Source: Myxococcales bacterium (GTDB lineage: Bacteria > Myxococcota_A > Polyangia > Polyangiales > Polyangiaceae). Taken from it: DNA of 64,000 nucleotides. Where the stretch lies: positions 10,414-74,413 of the forward strand of contig JAYTOU010000016.1 of assembly GCA_043747615.1 (NCBI GenBank), in the 5' to 3' direction. Positions 19,064 through 28,625 of the stretch are shown piece by piece; the first letter of the stretch is position 1; each line of letters begins with the position of its first letter. The translations under genes were made by a program, and so were the position numbers. The notes under the pieces were generated by a model. It was not told the DNA's origin. It did no database searches and worked only from the letters and a program-made list of their open reading frames with translations.

Positions 19064-20095
19064 CTACGCAGCGCGCTTCGTCAGCCATGCTGACAGGAGC
19101 GGCCACGTCATGAGCGGCGCGTCGCGGCCGACCAGAAGATCGATGTGCCCGAGTGGAAGGGCGCGGTAGGTCTTGTCGGCGGATTGGCTGCGCAGAAATC
19201 CGGGGCGCACGCTCGCGGGCGGGGCGAGGTCATCGTTCGTTCCGGCAATCACCAAAAGCGGTAAATTCAAGGATTCGAAGCGTTCGACGTAGTCGGTCTC
19301 TTTGCCGCCGAAGCGACGCTCGTTCGCCCACTCGAACATGTCCAGCATCTCCGCCATGCCCGCGCGGTCGAACGCCAAGCGAAGGTGCTCGTCAAGGACA
19401 TGTGGCTCCAGATTCCCGGCGTGCCAGCCCCGGAGCGGAATCGGGTAGAGGGGACTCTCGGCGACGCGACGGAACGTGCTCATCACCCGGCCTACAGGGC
19501 CCAACGTCATATGCAGATTTCCCGACCGCGCGTTCACGACCCTCATCGCCCGGACGGCGAGAGCGATGGCACCCAGCGAAAAAGAGCCCCGCGTAAAGTG
19601 GTAGGGACTTCCGATGGAGGCGATACCGGCGATCGCTCCGGTGAGGGCAGGTGCCGCCGCGTAGCTGACGAGGCCGCCGAGGGAGTGACCGACCAGGAAG
19701 ATGCGACGGTTGCCACTGAGCGCGGAGACCTCGTCCACGGCGCTCGGTAGGTCCTCGAGAACGTAGTCTTCCACCCCACGCGAACGCTTGGCCCCGAGCT
19801 GTCGAGAGCGCCCGTGACCTCGCAAATCTAGATTGAAGACGTCGAATCCGGCGCGCGCGAGGTAGTTCGAGAGGCTCCGCGAAGGGAGGTGCCAGGCGTA
19901 GCGATTTTGGCCGAACCCGTGGATGAGAATGACGGGCGCGCGCGTGCCGTCCCCTGGGTGCTCGTCGTTCCCGACCCAGCGTTTGCGCACCATAGCCAGC
20001 GGAACGTGCCCGGAGGTCACCACGAGCTCTTTGAAGAACGCGCCGCGCTCATTCCTGTCGATCGTTTGATGTGCGACGCGACCGTGAAGGATCAA
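19064..20095 (-). CDS. Alpha/beta hydrolase (lipase/PHA-synthase-like fold, Ser nucleophile)
   Basis: PVILIHG, GHSLGG, GTNDDLAPP and GHIDLL motifs. TTG start with AGGAG upstream. Confidence 0.85.
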   Translation of the reverse strand: MILHGRVAHQTIDRNERGAFFKELVVTSGHVPLAMVRKRWVGNDEHPGDGTRAPVILIHGFGQNRYAWHLPSRSLSNYLARAGFDVFNLDLRGHGRSRQLGAKRSRGVEDYVLEDLPSAVDEVSALSGNRRIFLVGHSLGGLVSYAAAPALTGAIAGIASIGSPYHFTRGSFSLGAIALAVRAMRVVNARSGNLHMTLGPVGRVMSTFRRVAESPLYPIPLRGWHAGNLEPHVLDEHLRLAFDRAGMAEMLDMFEWANERRFGGKETDYVERFESLNLPLLVIAGTNDDLAPPASVRPGFLRSQSADKTYRALPLGHIDLLVGRDAPLMTWPLLSAWLTKRAA

Positions 20096-20185
20096 ACGAA
20101 GCTTGGTCTCCTAACGGCACATGTTGACGCGAACTCGCCCATGCGCGGTCACGTAGTGTAGCATCCGGCCCAGCTGGGGACCTTC

Positions 20186-21175
20186 ATGAGAGCCAACCAA
20201 ACTCGATTCGCATCCGCATTCGCATTCGCCATCGTCGCATTCGCTCCGCACGCTCTGGCGCAGCCAAAGCCAGGCAAGCCTGCCGCGCCCGCGCCCTCAC
20301 CTCCGCCGGTCGAGGCGGCGCCACCGGTAGACGTGGAAGCCAAGCCCGCGCCAGCCAGCGCCGCGCCGCCCGCGGTCGTCGAGCCGCCGAGCGAAGAAGG
20401 CAGCAGCAGCGACGTCACCGAAAAACCGGGCAAGACCTACTATTACATCGGGCTTCGCTACCGGATGAACGTGGTCCCGAAGTTCATGATCAACCTCTTC
20501 GTAGACGAAGGGGCGACGGTGTTTTCGAACACCCTCGGGATCGAGCTCGACATGCGGAAAGACGGCTTCTCGTTCATCCCGGCGGTCTCGTACGTCGAGT
20601 ACGGAACGGGCGACATTCTCTTCAAGGAGAAGGGGAAGCCCTCGGAGATCAGCGGCAACTGGTCGAACATCAACAGCAGCTTGAAGGCTATTTACATTAC
20701 CGCCGATCTGCTTTGGTCGAGCAGGATCCACAAGAACGTCGACTTCGAATATGGCGCTGGATTCGGCCTCGGAATCCTCACCGGCGGTCTCGAGACGAGC
20801 TGGGTCTACCGCGATCCCACCAATGGCCCGTACGTCGCGAAGGACGGTACGCGCTTCTCTCCCTGCATCAGTGAAGGGCAAGGGGGCGCGAACAGCGGCT
20901 GCAACAAAGTCGATCACCAGAACTCCACCGTCGCCAAGGTGAATCACTACAGCGAGCCGAGCTGGGCCAACGGCGGCTCGAAGCCGAACGTCTTTTTGCA
21001 TCTCGCCGTCCCGCAATTCGGACTTCGTTTCAAGCCGGCCAAAGAGTTCGAGGGCCGCGTCGGGATCGGATTTTCGCTCACCGGTTTTTGGTTCGGTCTC
21101 AGCGGGAATTACGGCCTAGAAAAGGCCCTCGGAGACAAAGCTCAGCCCCACTCGCTCGCGACGCCCACGCACTGA
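20186..21175 (+). CDS. Secreted, probable outer-membrane beta-barrel protein
   Basis: Signal peptide ending ALA, Pro-rich linker and alternating aromatic/Gly beta-strands to the C-terminus. Confidence 0.65.
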   Translation: MRANQTRFASAFAFAIVAFAPHALAQPKPGKPAAPAPSPPPVEAAPPVDVEAKPAPASAAPPAVVEPPSEEGSSSDVTEKPGKTYYYIGLRYRMNVVPKFMINLFVDEGATVFSNTLGIELDMRKDGFSFIPAVSYVEYGTGDILFKEKGKPSEISGNWSNINSSLKAIYITADLLWSSRIHKNVDFEYGAGFGLGILTGGLETSWVYRDPTNGPYVAKDGTRFSPCISEGQGGANSGCNKVDHQNSTVAKVNHYSEPSWANGGSKPNVFLHLAVPQFGLRFKPAKEFEGRVGIGFSLTGFWFGLSGNYGLEKALGDKAQPHSLATPTH

Positions 21176-21179
21176 GACG

Positions 21180-24100
21180 ATGCCGCTGACGCTTCCGCCT
21201 CGTTACGAAGCGAAGTGGCTCCTCGGCCAAGGCGGCGGCGGCGAAGTTTGGGCAGTTCGTGATCGGATCTCCGATCAGATCCTCGCCCTGAAGGTCCTCG
21301 CCGAAGACGCTGGCGAGCCCGAGATGATGTCGCTCGTGCGCGAGGCCATGGCGCTGAGCGGGCTCGAGGGGCTCGGCGTTCCGCGCGTGGTCGGTTTCGG
21401 CGCGCTGCCGGGGACTGGACGTCGTTACCTCGTGCGCGAGCTCGTGGAAGGCGAGAGCCTCGCCAAGGTCATCGAGAACGCTCACGGGCCAGACTGGATC
21501 GGACCGCTCGCGCGTACCAGCGAGCAGCTGACCGTGCTCCATCGGGGCGGGCTCTTGCACGGTGACATCAAGCCCGCGAACGTGATAGTGAGCGCCGCCG
21601 GCGGGGCCACGCTGGTCGATCTCGGACTCGCCGCACCATGGCGCGAAGGCGGAACGAAACCGGAGGGTCTCACCCCGCAATACGCAGCGCCCGAGCTCTT
21701 CATCGGTGCGCCTCTGACCGTTCGCGCGGAGGTCTACGCTCTCGGTGCGACGCTGGCAGAAGCCCTCGAACGTCGCGGTGCCGAGCTCGACGAGACCACG
21801 CGCGCAGCGCTCGAACGAGTGGCGAAGCGAGCGACCGAGGAGGACCCCGCGGCGCGCTACCCCAGCGTCGACGAGTTCGGGAGCGCGCTCAGACACGCCG
21901 CGAACCTCTTGCCGACGGCGGTGAGCGAAGCGGCGTGGCCGGTGCTTGGATTGGAGACGACAGCGCAGCGCCTGCGAGATGCCGTGATGGCAATCGCACC
22001 TGGAGAAGCGATGGCGATCGTCGGCCCGCGTGGCTCCGGACGCACCACGCTCGCGCGGCGCCTAGGCTGGACACTCGGGGTCGAAGGACGGCCCGTCGCT
22101 GCCATCGAGGCACCACGTGCGGGGCTCACGCCACGCGAGGGGGTGGAGCTCGAGCTCGGTTCGCTCGGAGCCGCGGTGGCGAACGGCGTCATCATCGTCG
22201 ACGACGCGCACATCCTCGACGACTCCGCGCAAGCCGCGATCAAAGAGGCGTGTGCACGCGGCGCACGCGTTGTCGCAGTCGGCCCGCGAAATCTCGTCGC
22301 GCGGCTGGCGAAGGGAAAATGCCAGGTGTTCGAGGTGCCGGCGCTCGATGAGAGCGACGTCGAAGAGCTAGTGCGTCGCGCCATGCCGTCTCTTCCGAAC
22401 ACGCTGCTCGCGCATCTCCTCACTCAGGTGAAGGGGACGCCCGGACGGCTGCGTGCCCTCATGAGGCAATTCGGAGGACGGGCCATCGTGTCTAAAGAAG
22501 ACATCGACGCTGCGATTGAATCCGGTCCCCGCGGGTCAGTCCCTCCGCCTTCTCTCAGCCGGGAAGGAGAGGTGGCGAGCACCGAACGTGTCCTCGACAT
22601 GGGTCGAATCGACGAGGCGAGCGGTCTCCTCGCCTCTCTCGGCGAAGCGCGCAGCGTCGACGAGCGAGTGAAGTTCGCGATTTTTCGGGCGCGCATGTCG
22701 CTCGGACGGGGCGATCCGAAAGAAGCGCTCGAAGCGCTCGCGAGCGTGGGCATCCAAGCGGCGCGGGGGCCTCTCGCGCGGGCCTGGAGGGTCGCCGTAG
22801 CGCGAGCCCACTTGCGCAGCGGGGACTACGCGCAAGCCGCAAAATATGCCGCCGAAGCAACGGACAAAGAGGACTCGCTCGCGGCAGACGCCCTCGCCGT
22901 GCAAGGTTTCGCCCAGGCTCTAACCGGGCACGCGGACGCGCAAGAAACCCTGGGTCGTGCCGTGATTCTGGCGCGCAAGGTAGGCGATCGAAGGGTGGAA
23001 GCGGTGGCGCTCGGGTCGGTGGCTATCGCCCATCAGCGCGCCGGAAAGACCGCCGAAGCGCGCGCCGCTTACGAAGAATCGCTGGCCGCGGCGGAGGACG
23101 CGCGTGACGCGGCCACGGTGGCGCTCACCCGCTTGAACCTCGCCGCGCTCGCCCGCGCGGAAGGCAATCTCGCGCTCGCCCTCGTGCACCTCGAAGCGGC
23201 GGTCGACATGGGCCAGCGGGCGGGCGGCTTGATTGCGGTCCAGGGCGCGCTCCTCAGTCTGGCCAATCTCGACCTGTACCTCGGTCGTTACGCGCGGGCC
23301 CGTGGGTCGATCGACTCGCTCGCCAAGGCGCGTGATGCGCTCGCGCCAATTGCTCGGGCGACGCTCCTCGGCCTCGAAGCAGAGCTCGCGGCGCGCACGG
23401 GAGACGTCGCGGGGGGCGCGATGCTCTACGAACAATCTGCGGCCGCGTGGGAAGCCCAGGACCGACCGCTCGACGCCGCCGAGTCGCGCCTCGAAGCGCT
23501 CTATGCACGCGCACGCGACCCGAAATCGTCTCACGTCGAGCTGGGGCGCGAGCTCGCAGAGGTCCGCAAGCGACTGGGGTCCGCCGGTTTTCGCGAGCAC
23601 GAAGCGCTCGCCGGCATCGTGCAAGGTGCCATCGCGCTCCTCGACGGGGACGAGCTCAAAGGTCGCGCGGCCCTCGATCAGGCTCTCGAACAGGCACAGA
23701 AAGCGGGCCGGCGTGAGTGGGCCTGGCTTGCGCTCGAAGCCCGCGCGCGCCTCGCGGCCACGCAAGGGCACATGGCGCTGGCGCGCAGAGACGTGGACGC
23801 TGCGCTCGCCATCCTGGAGGAGACGGCGGCGAAGCTCCCCCGCGATCTGCGCGAGGTGTTCTGGGACGACCCTCGCCGGCGAGCACTCCGGCAAGCCAAC
23901 CTCACGACGGCGTCGCTACCGCGGCCGCGCTCGACGATTCCGCTCACCTCGCGATCGCACGGCGCAACGCAGAGCAGTCTCTTCGCGCAGCCCCTCCCGG
24001 CCGAGGATCGCCTGGCGCGCATTTTCGAGATCACCCGCGAGCTCGCCACGGAGCACGACATCACTCGGCTCCTCTCGCGGGTCACCGATCACGCGATCGC

Positions 24101-25640
24101 TCTCCTCGGCGCCGAGCGCGGTTTCGTTGTACTCGCGAAGGAGGACGGGGAGCTCGAGGCGCACGCTGCGCGCGATCGCAAAGGGGAGCTCGCCAAGGAT
24201 CCCCACGTGCAATTTTCGCGTTCCGTAGCCGAAAAAGTGGTAAAAACCGGGGACGCGGTGATAGCCACGAGCGCCCGTGACGACTCGCGTCTCGCCCAAG
24301 CGGTGAGCGTGCACCAACTTATGATCCAATCGATCGCATGCGTGCCGATCCGCGGTGCTCCTCCCATCGGGCGCACCATCGGAGCGCTCTATCTGGAGAC
24401 GCGCCTCAGGCCCGGCGCGCGCTTCGAAGAGGAGCTGCCGACTCTCGCTGCGTTCGCCGATCAAGCAGCCATCGCCATCGAGAACGCGCGCCTTCTGTCG
24501 GAAAATCACGAACGCGCCGAGGAGCTTGCGCGCGCGAACGTCGAGCTCGCGGCCGCCCATGGAAAGCTCTCCGAGATTCTCGGTCGGCGTACCGAACAGC
24601 TGGCGGCGACACGTCGCGATTTGAAAGAGATGCGCGCCGAGCTCCGCGGCCATTTCGGCTACGCAGGGCTGGTCGGAACGAGCGGCGCGATGCGCAAGTT
24701 ATACGCCCTCATCGAACGGATCAAAGACACCGATGTCCCGGTGCTCATCACCGGCGAGAGCGGCACGGGCAAGGAGGTCGTCGCCAAGGCCGTGCACGCC
24801 TCGGGCGCTCGCGCGAAAGGCGCGTTCCTCGGAGTGAACTGCGGCGCGATCCCCGCGAACCTCCTCGAGAGCGAGCTCTTCGGCCATGTGCGCGGAGCGT
24901 TTACGGGGGCTGAGCGCGACCGAAAAGGCCTATTTCGCGAGGCTGAAGGAGGCACTCTTCTCCTCGACGAGATCGGCGAGATGCCGCAGAAGATGCAAGC
25001 GAGCCTTCTGCGTGTGCTGCAAGAGAGTGCGGTTCGTCCCGTGGGCGGCGCCAAGGAAGAGAAGGTCGACGTGCGGGTCGTCGCCGCGACCAACCGCGAT
25101 CTCTCGCAGATGGTGGCCGAAGGAACGTTCCGCGAAGATCTCTACTACCGCCTCCACGTGGTCGAGATGCACGTGCCGCCGCTTCGCGAACGGAGCGAGG
25201 ACATCCCCCCGCTCATGGACCACTTTCTCACCCTCTTTGCCGCGCGCTACCGGCGGGAACGAAAATCGGTGGAGCGTGAAGCGCTCCGTCGTCTCTGCAC
25301 CCACGACTGGCCGGGCAACGTGCGACAGCTCGAGCATGTTCTCCTCAACGCTTGGCTGATGGGCGAAGGGAGCGAGCTCGTCCTCGAGGACTTCGAGCTC
25401 CCCGAGATCAGCCTTCGAGCGGCCGCCATGCCGTCCACGGTACGCACGGCGTCGGTGGGTCATCCAAACCGCACCGCATCTCCCGCTGTCCGCAGCAAAG
25501 AGGAGTTCAAGGACTCGGAGCGCGAGCGGATTCTCGGCGCACTCGCCGCATGCAACTGGAATCGCGTACAGGCTGCGCGCATGATTGGCGTCCCGCGGCG
25601 CACATTCTATCGGCGCCTCAAAGAATTCGGGATTCTCTGA
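21180..25640 (+). CDS. Ser/Thr kinase-P-loop NTPase-TPR-GAF-sigma54 activator-HTH fusion
   Basis: LGQGGGGEV, ALK, HGDIKPAN, DLG and APE kinase motifs. GPRGSGRT/IIVDDAH, TPR-like helices, GAF, GESGTGKE, GAFTGA and HTH. Confidence 0.9.
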   Translation: MPLTLPPRYEAKWLLGQGGGGEVWAVRDRISDQILALKVLAEDAGEPEMMSLVREAMALSGLEGLGVPRVVGFGALPGTGRRYLVRELVEGESLAKVIENAHGPDWIGPLARTSEQLTVLHRGGLLHGDIKPANVIVSAAGGATLVDLGLAAPWREGGTKPEGLTPQYAAPELFIGAPLTVRAEVYALGATLAEALERRGAELDETTRAALERVAKRATEEDPAARYPSVDEFGSALRHAANLLPTAVSEAAWPVLGLETTAQRLRDAVMAIAPGEAMAIVGPRGSGRTTLARRLGWTLGVEGRPVAAIEAPRAGLTPREGVELELGSLGAAVANGVIIVDDAHILDDSAQAAIKEACARGARVVAVGPRNLVARLAKGKCQVFEVPALDESDVEELVRRAMPSLPNTLLAHLLTQVKGTPGRLRALMRQFGGRAIVSKEDIDAAIESGPRGSVPPPSLSREGEVASTERVLDMGRIDEASGLLASLGEARSVDERVKFAIFRARMSLGRGDPKEALEALASVGIQAARGPLARAWRVAVARAHLRSGDYAQAAKYAAEATDKEDSLAADALAVQGFAQALTGHADAQETLGRAVILARKVGDRRVEAVALGSVAIAHQRAGKTAEARAAYEESLAAAEDARDAATVALTRLNLAALARAEGNLALALVHLEAAVDMGQRAGGLIAVQGALLSLANLDLYLGRYARARGSIDSLAKARDALAPIARATLLGLEAELAARTGDVAGGAMLYEQSAAAWEAQDRPLDAAESRLEALYARARDPKSSHVELGRELAEVRKRLGSAGFREHEALAGIVQGAIALLDGDELKGRAALDQALEQAQKAGRREWAWLALEARARLAATQGHMALARRDVDAALAILEETAAKLPRDLREVFWDDPRRRALRQANLTTASLPRPRSTIPLTSRSHGATQSSLFAQPLPAEDRLARIFEITRELATEHDITRLLSRVTDHAIALLGAERGFVVLAKEDGELEAHAARDRKGELAKDPHVQFSRSVAEKVVKTGDAVIATSARDDSRLAQAVSVHQLMIQSIACVPIRGAPPIGRTIGALYLETRLRPGARFEEELPTLAAFADQAAIAIENARLLSENHERAEELARANVELAAAHGKLSEILGRRTEQLAATRRDLKEMRAELRGHFGYAGLVGTSGAMRKLYALIERIKDTDVPVLITGESGTGKEVVAKAVHASGARAKGAFLGVNCGAIPANLLESELFGHVRGAFTGAERDRKGLFREAEGGTLLLDEIGEMPQKMQASLLRVLQESAVRPVGGAKEEKVDVRVVAATNRDLSQMVAEGTFREDLYYRLHVVEMHVPPLRERSEDIPPLMDHFLTLFAARYRRERKSVEREALRRLCTHDWPGNVRQLEHVLLNAWLMGEGSELVLEDFELPEISLRAAAMPSTVRTASVGHPNRTASPAVRSKEEFKDSERERILGALAACNWNRVQAARMIGVPRRTFYRRLKEFGIL

Positions 25641-25656
25641 CCACGGAGCGTATTCA

Positions 25657-26214
25657 ATGAAAACGATTCTACTTGCGTGCCTCGTCACCTTCCTCGGCTG
25701 CGCGAAGGCGACACCCGCGTCCGAAACTGTGCCCGCGCCGGCCTCTCCTTCGGTCGCTGCACCAAGCGCAAATTCAGGCGAAATCGTGGTCGGAAAGGCT
25801 CCACCCGATTTCACCGTCAAAGACCAAGACGGCAAAGAGATCCACCTCGCGGCCCTCAAGGGAAAGCCCGTGGTGATTTATTTTTATCCGAAGGACGAGA
25901 CGCCGGGCTGCACCAAAGAAGCGTGCGCGTTTCGCGATGCCTTCACCGAGCTCACGAAAAAAGGAGCGATCCTCATCGGTGTGTCCGGGGACTCGGACGA
26001 GTCGCACCGCGCGTTCATCAAGAGCCACAAGCTCCCGTTCGCGCTGGTCAGCGATCCGAAAGGAGAGCTCGCCGAGAAGTTCGGCGTACCGTTCCACCTT
26101 GGATATGCGTCCCGCCAGACGTTCGTCATCGGCGCGGATGGCAACGTAAAGAAGCTCTACCGAAGCGTCGACGTCTCCGCTCACGCCAAGGAAATTTCGG
26201 ACGACCTTGGCTGA
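25657..26214 (+). CDS. bcp: Peroxiredoxin BCP/PrxQ with lipoprotein signal
   Basis: Start at MKTILLACLVTFLGC. YFYPKDETPGCTKEAC motif. Confidence 0.88.
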   Translation: MKTILLACLVTFLGCAKATPASETVPAPASPSVAAPSANSGEIVVGKAPPDFTVKDQDGKEIHLAALKGKPVVIYFYPKDETPGCTKEACAFRDAFTELTKKGAILIGVSGDSDESHRAFIKSHKLPFALVSDPKGELAEKFGVPFHLGYASRQTFVIGADGNVKKLYRSVDVSAHAKEISDDLG

Positions 26215-26500
26215 TCTCGCGGTGAAGGTGGACGGCGAGCTTCTGCCGGGGGCCGAGGCGAAGGCGCTTTGGGCTCGCTTCAGCGCTCATATGGAGTCGA
26301 ACCGAGGCGATCTCCTCGGTTTCGCCAAGGCAGAGGGGTTCGCCAGCGTTCAGCCGGCCGTCGAGGGGGGACGTCCGCTCCTCGTCGCGAGCCGCACCAC
26401 CCCGCAAGGGCCGTACGTCTCCGTTACGTCTTCCGAAGGATCCAATGGTGGATCGCAGAAGAACCAAACGCCCAAAAAAAACGCGAAAAAGCCGCGCTAA
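26207..26500 (+). CDS. Hypothetical protein
   Basis: 97-aa ORF overlapping the bcp stop, with plausible codon bias. Confidence 0.6.
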   Translation: MADLAVKVDGELLPGAEAKALWARFSAHMESNRGDLLGFAKAEGFASVQPAVEGGRPLLVASRTTPQGPYVSVTSSEGSNGGSQKNQTPKKNAKKPR

Positions 26501-26514
26501 ACACACGCCAAGTG

Positions 26515-26531
26515 TAGGCGCATGTCTTGCT
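26515..26531 (+). promoter_or_regulatory. Candidate sigma54 -24/-12 promoter
   Basis: TAGGCGCATGTCTTGCT: GG (26517-18) and GC (26529-30) at canonical spacing, upstream of the ATG at 26544. Confidence 0.5.
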
Positions 26532-26543
26532 ATATAGGCAGGA

Positions 26544-27173
26544 ATGGATATCGCTTACGTCGCCTTCACGGGAGCCGCCACGTTCATGTTGGACGCGACG
26601 GGGGTCTGCCGATGGGTGACGTCGGTGCCCGGGAGCGCTCACTCGCAAGAAGCTGCCGACCGCTGCGTCGGGGCCCAATACGTCGCGTCGGTCGACACCA
26701 ACGTCTATGGTGCCCTCGTCGATCTACCCCGCGTCGGCAAGCCCATGATTTTCGCGGCCGTCGGCGCCAATGGGCGAATTTCGCTGGTACGCACCGGCCC
26801 GCTCCTGAAGTTCGAGGCCAAGCGAAAGCCGAGCGGCGTCCACGAGCGGCCGACCCGTCCGACCCCATTCGCGCCCGTCCAAATCCGTCCTCTGCGCGAC
26901 GACGCCATCGGGGATGTAGGCGATATCAACGACGTTTATTACAACGAGCCAGCCACGAGCCGCTTCACCCCGCCGCGCGCGCCCGCCGACCGCACCATCA
27001 AGACTGCGCCCCCGCCTCCGTCCGGCGCACGCAGAATGGTCGGCGCCCCTGCCCGCGCCATGCGCGACGAAGCCCTCGACCCGAACCCCCACGTTTACCG
27101 CGTTCCAGCAACGAATCCGCGCATCACGACCAGCCAAGCCCGGGCTCAGGGAATGCGCCGCGGCCGGTTGTAG
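26544..27173 (+). CDS. Hypothetical protein (globular N-domain, Pro/Arg-rich tail)
   Basis: 209-aa ORF with an ordered N-terminal ~95 aa (TFMLDATGVCRWV...CVGAQYVAS...LVRTGPL). Confidence 0.65.
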   Translation: MDIAYVAFTGAATFMLDATGVCRWVTSVPGSAHSQEAADRCVGAQYVASVDTNVYGALVDLPRVGKPMIFAAVGANGRISLVRTGPLLKFEAKRKPSGVHERPTRPTPFAPVQIRPLRDDAIGDVGDINDVYYNEPATSRFTPPRAPADRTIKTAPPPPSGARRMVGAPARAMRDEALDPNPHVYRVPATNPRITTSQARAQGMRRGRL

Positions 27174-27300
27174 CGGTACCCCATTGCCGTTCGGGGCGTC
27201 AGGTGGTACTGGCGGGGCTGTTTTCCCCTGGATTTACGCTTTCCTGGGGTTTCGGCGCGCCCCTTCTCAACTGGGGTACTTGGAACGTCCCTGAGGACCT

Positions 27301-27786
27301 ATGTCACTGCTGATGACGGATGCGTTCAACCACCTCGCGAGCGAGGGTGCGGTCAACGTCGATTTCGATCTCACAGTCGTCGGGCAAGTCGTCCTTTTCG
27401 TGGCTCTTATGCTGGTGCTCAAGCCCTGGCTCTTCGACCCGATGCTCAAGCTCTTCGAGGAGCGCGAGCGACGAATCGACGGCGCTAAGCGGCAGGCCCG
27501 GAAGTTGGACGAGAAGTCGGCCGGCGCGCTCAAGGAATACGAGGACGCGATGCAGACGGCCCGCGTTTCAGCCAACGCCGAACGGGACAAGCTCCGCGCC
27601 GAAGGGCAAAAGATCGAGGTCGACATCTTGGCGAAGGTGCGGGCCAGTGCGGCAGAGACCCTCGAGGAGGGGCGTAAGCGGGCCGAGGTCGACCTGAAGA
27701 CCGTGCGGGCTAGCCTCGATGCGGAGAATTCAGCGCTCGCCAAAGACCTGGCGACGCGCGTTCTCGGCCGAGAGGTGCAGGGATGA
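27301..27786 (+). CDS. F0F1 ATP synthase subunit b'
   Basis: GAGGA RBS, single TM, LFDP...ERERRI and a coiled coil. First gene of the atp cluster. Confidence 0.88.
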   Translation: MSLLMTDAFNHLASEGAVNVDFDLTVVGQVVLFVALMLVLKPWLFDPMLKLFEERERRIDGAKRQARKLDEKSAGALKEYEDAMQTARVSANAERDKLRAEGQKIEVDILAKVRASAAETLEEGRKRAEVDLKTVRASLDAENSALAKDLATRVLGREVQG

Positions 27787-28625
27787 CTCTCCAGAAAAAA
27801 AATGCGGTTTTTGCGGCAATTTTCGCCGGTTTCCTCGGTGTAGCATCTGTCGCCGCGGCCCAGCCTGGCCCGCGCCCGCACGGTGGCTCTCGACCGCAGC
27901 GCCCCGTCCCGACGGCAGCGATGACCGCATCGCCCCCAGCTTCCCACGAGCCCGCGGCGGTTCAGGGTGAAGAGGGCGGAGCAGAGGTCGAGCACGAGCA
28001 CGGCCTCAAGGACATCAACTGGTTCGACATCACGAACACGAAGCAGCCGCCGTACATCGCGATGCTCTTCAACTTCGCGCTGCTCATCTGGATCTACGTT
28101 CGCTTCGGGAAGAAGCCGATAAAGGAAAGTCTAGAGACCCGGCGCGCCGAGATCGCCAAGGAGATCGAAGAAGCGCAGCGGATGAAAAAGGAGGCCAAGG
28201 GGCGCGCCAAGAAGTACCAAGCGCTGCTCGCGGGTCTCGCCGAGGAGCTCGAAGCAACGAAGCAGGCGCTGGTCGAGGCCGGCAAGGCCGACAAGGATCG
28301 CATCGTGCGCGAGGCCGAGGAGAAAGCCGTCCGCATGCGCAAAGACGCTGTTTTCATGCTCGATCAGGAGGTCCGTCAGATGAAAGTCGACCTCGTCAAG
28401 GAGACGGTCGATGGCGCCATCGCCGCGGCCGAAGAGCTCCTGAAAAAACGCATCACTCAGGCCGATCAAGAGCGGCTGGCCGACGAGTTCCTGATGCAGC
28501 TGAGTGCGCGCGGAAAAAAATCGGTGATGCCACCTCCTCACGTACCGCCGACGCCCGCCGGCGCGAGCAGTCCTCCGACTAACCACAGCATCCCGCCCTT
28601 CGCCGTGACCGGAGGTGAGCAGTGA
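27783..28625 (+). CDS. atpF: F0F1 ATP synthase subunit b with N- and C-terminal extensions
   Basis: LFNFALLIWI..FGKKPI..RRAEI and a coiled coil. ATGA overlap with b'. Confidence 0.85.
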   Translation: MTLQKKNAVFAAIFAGFLGVASVAAAQPGPRPHGGSRPQRPVPTAAMTASPPASHEPAAVQGEEGGAEVEHEHGLKDINWFDITNTKQPPYIAMLFNFALLIWIYVRFGKKPIKESLETRRAEIAKEIEEAQRMKKEAKGRAKKYQALLAGLAEELEATKQALVEAGKADKDRIVREAEEKAVRMRKDAVFMLDQEVRQMKVDLVKETVDGAIAAAEELLKKRITQADQERLADEFLMQLSARGKKSVMPPPHVPPTPAGASSPPTNHSIPPFAVTGGEQ

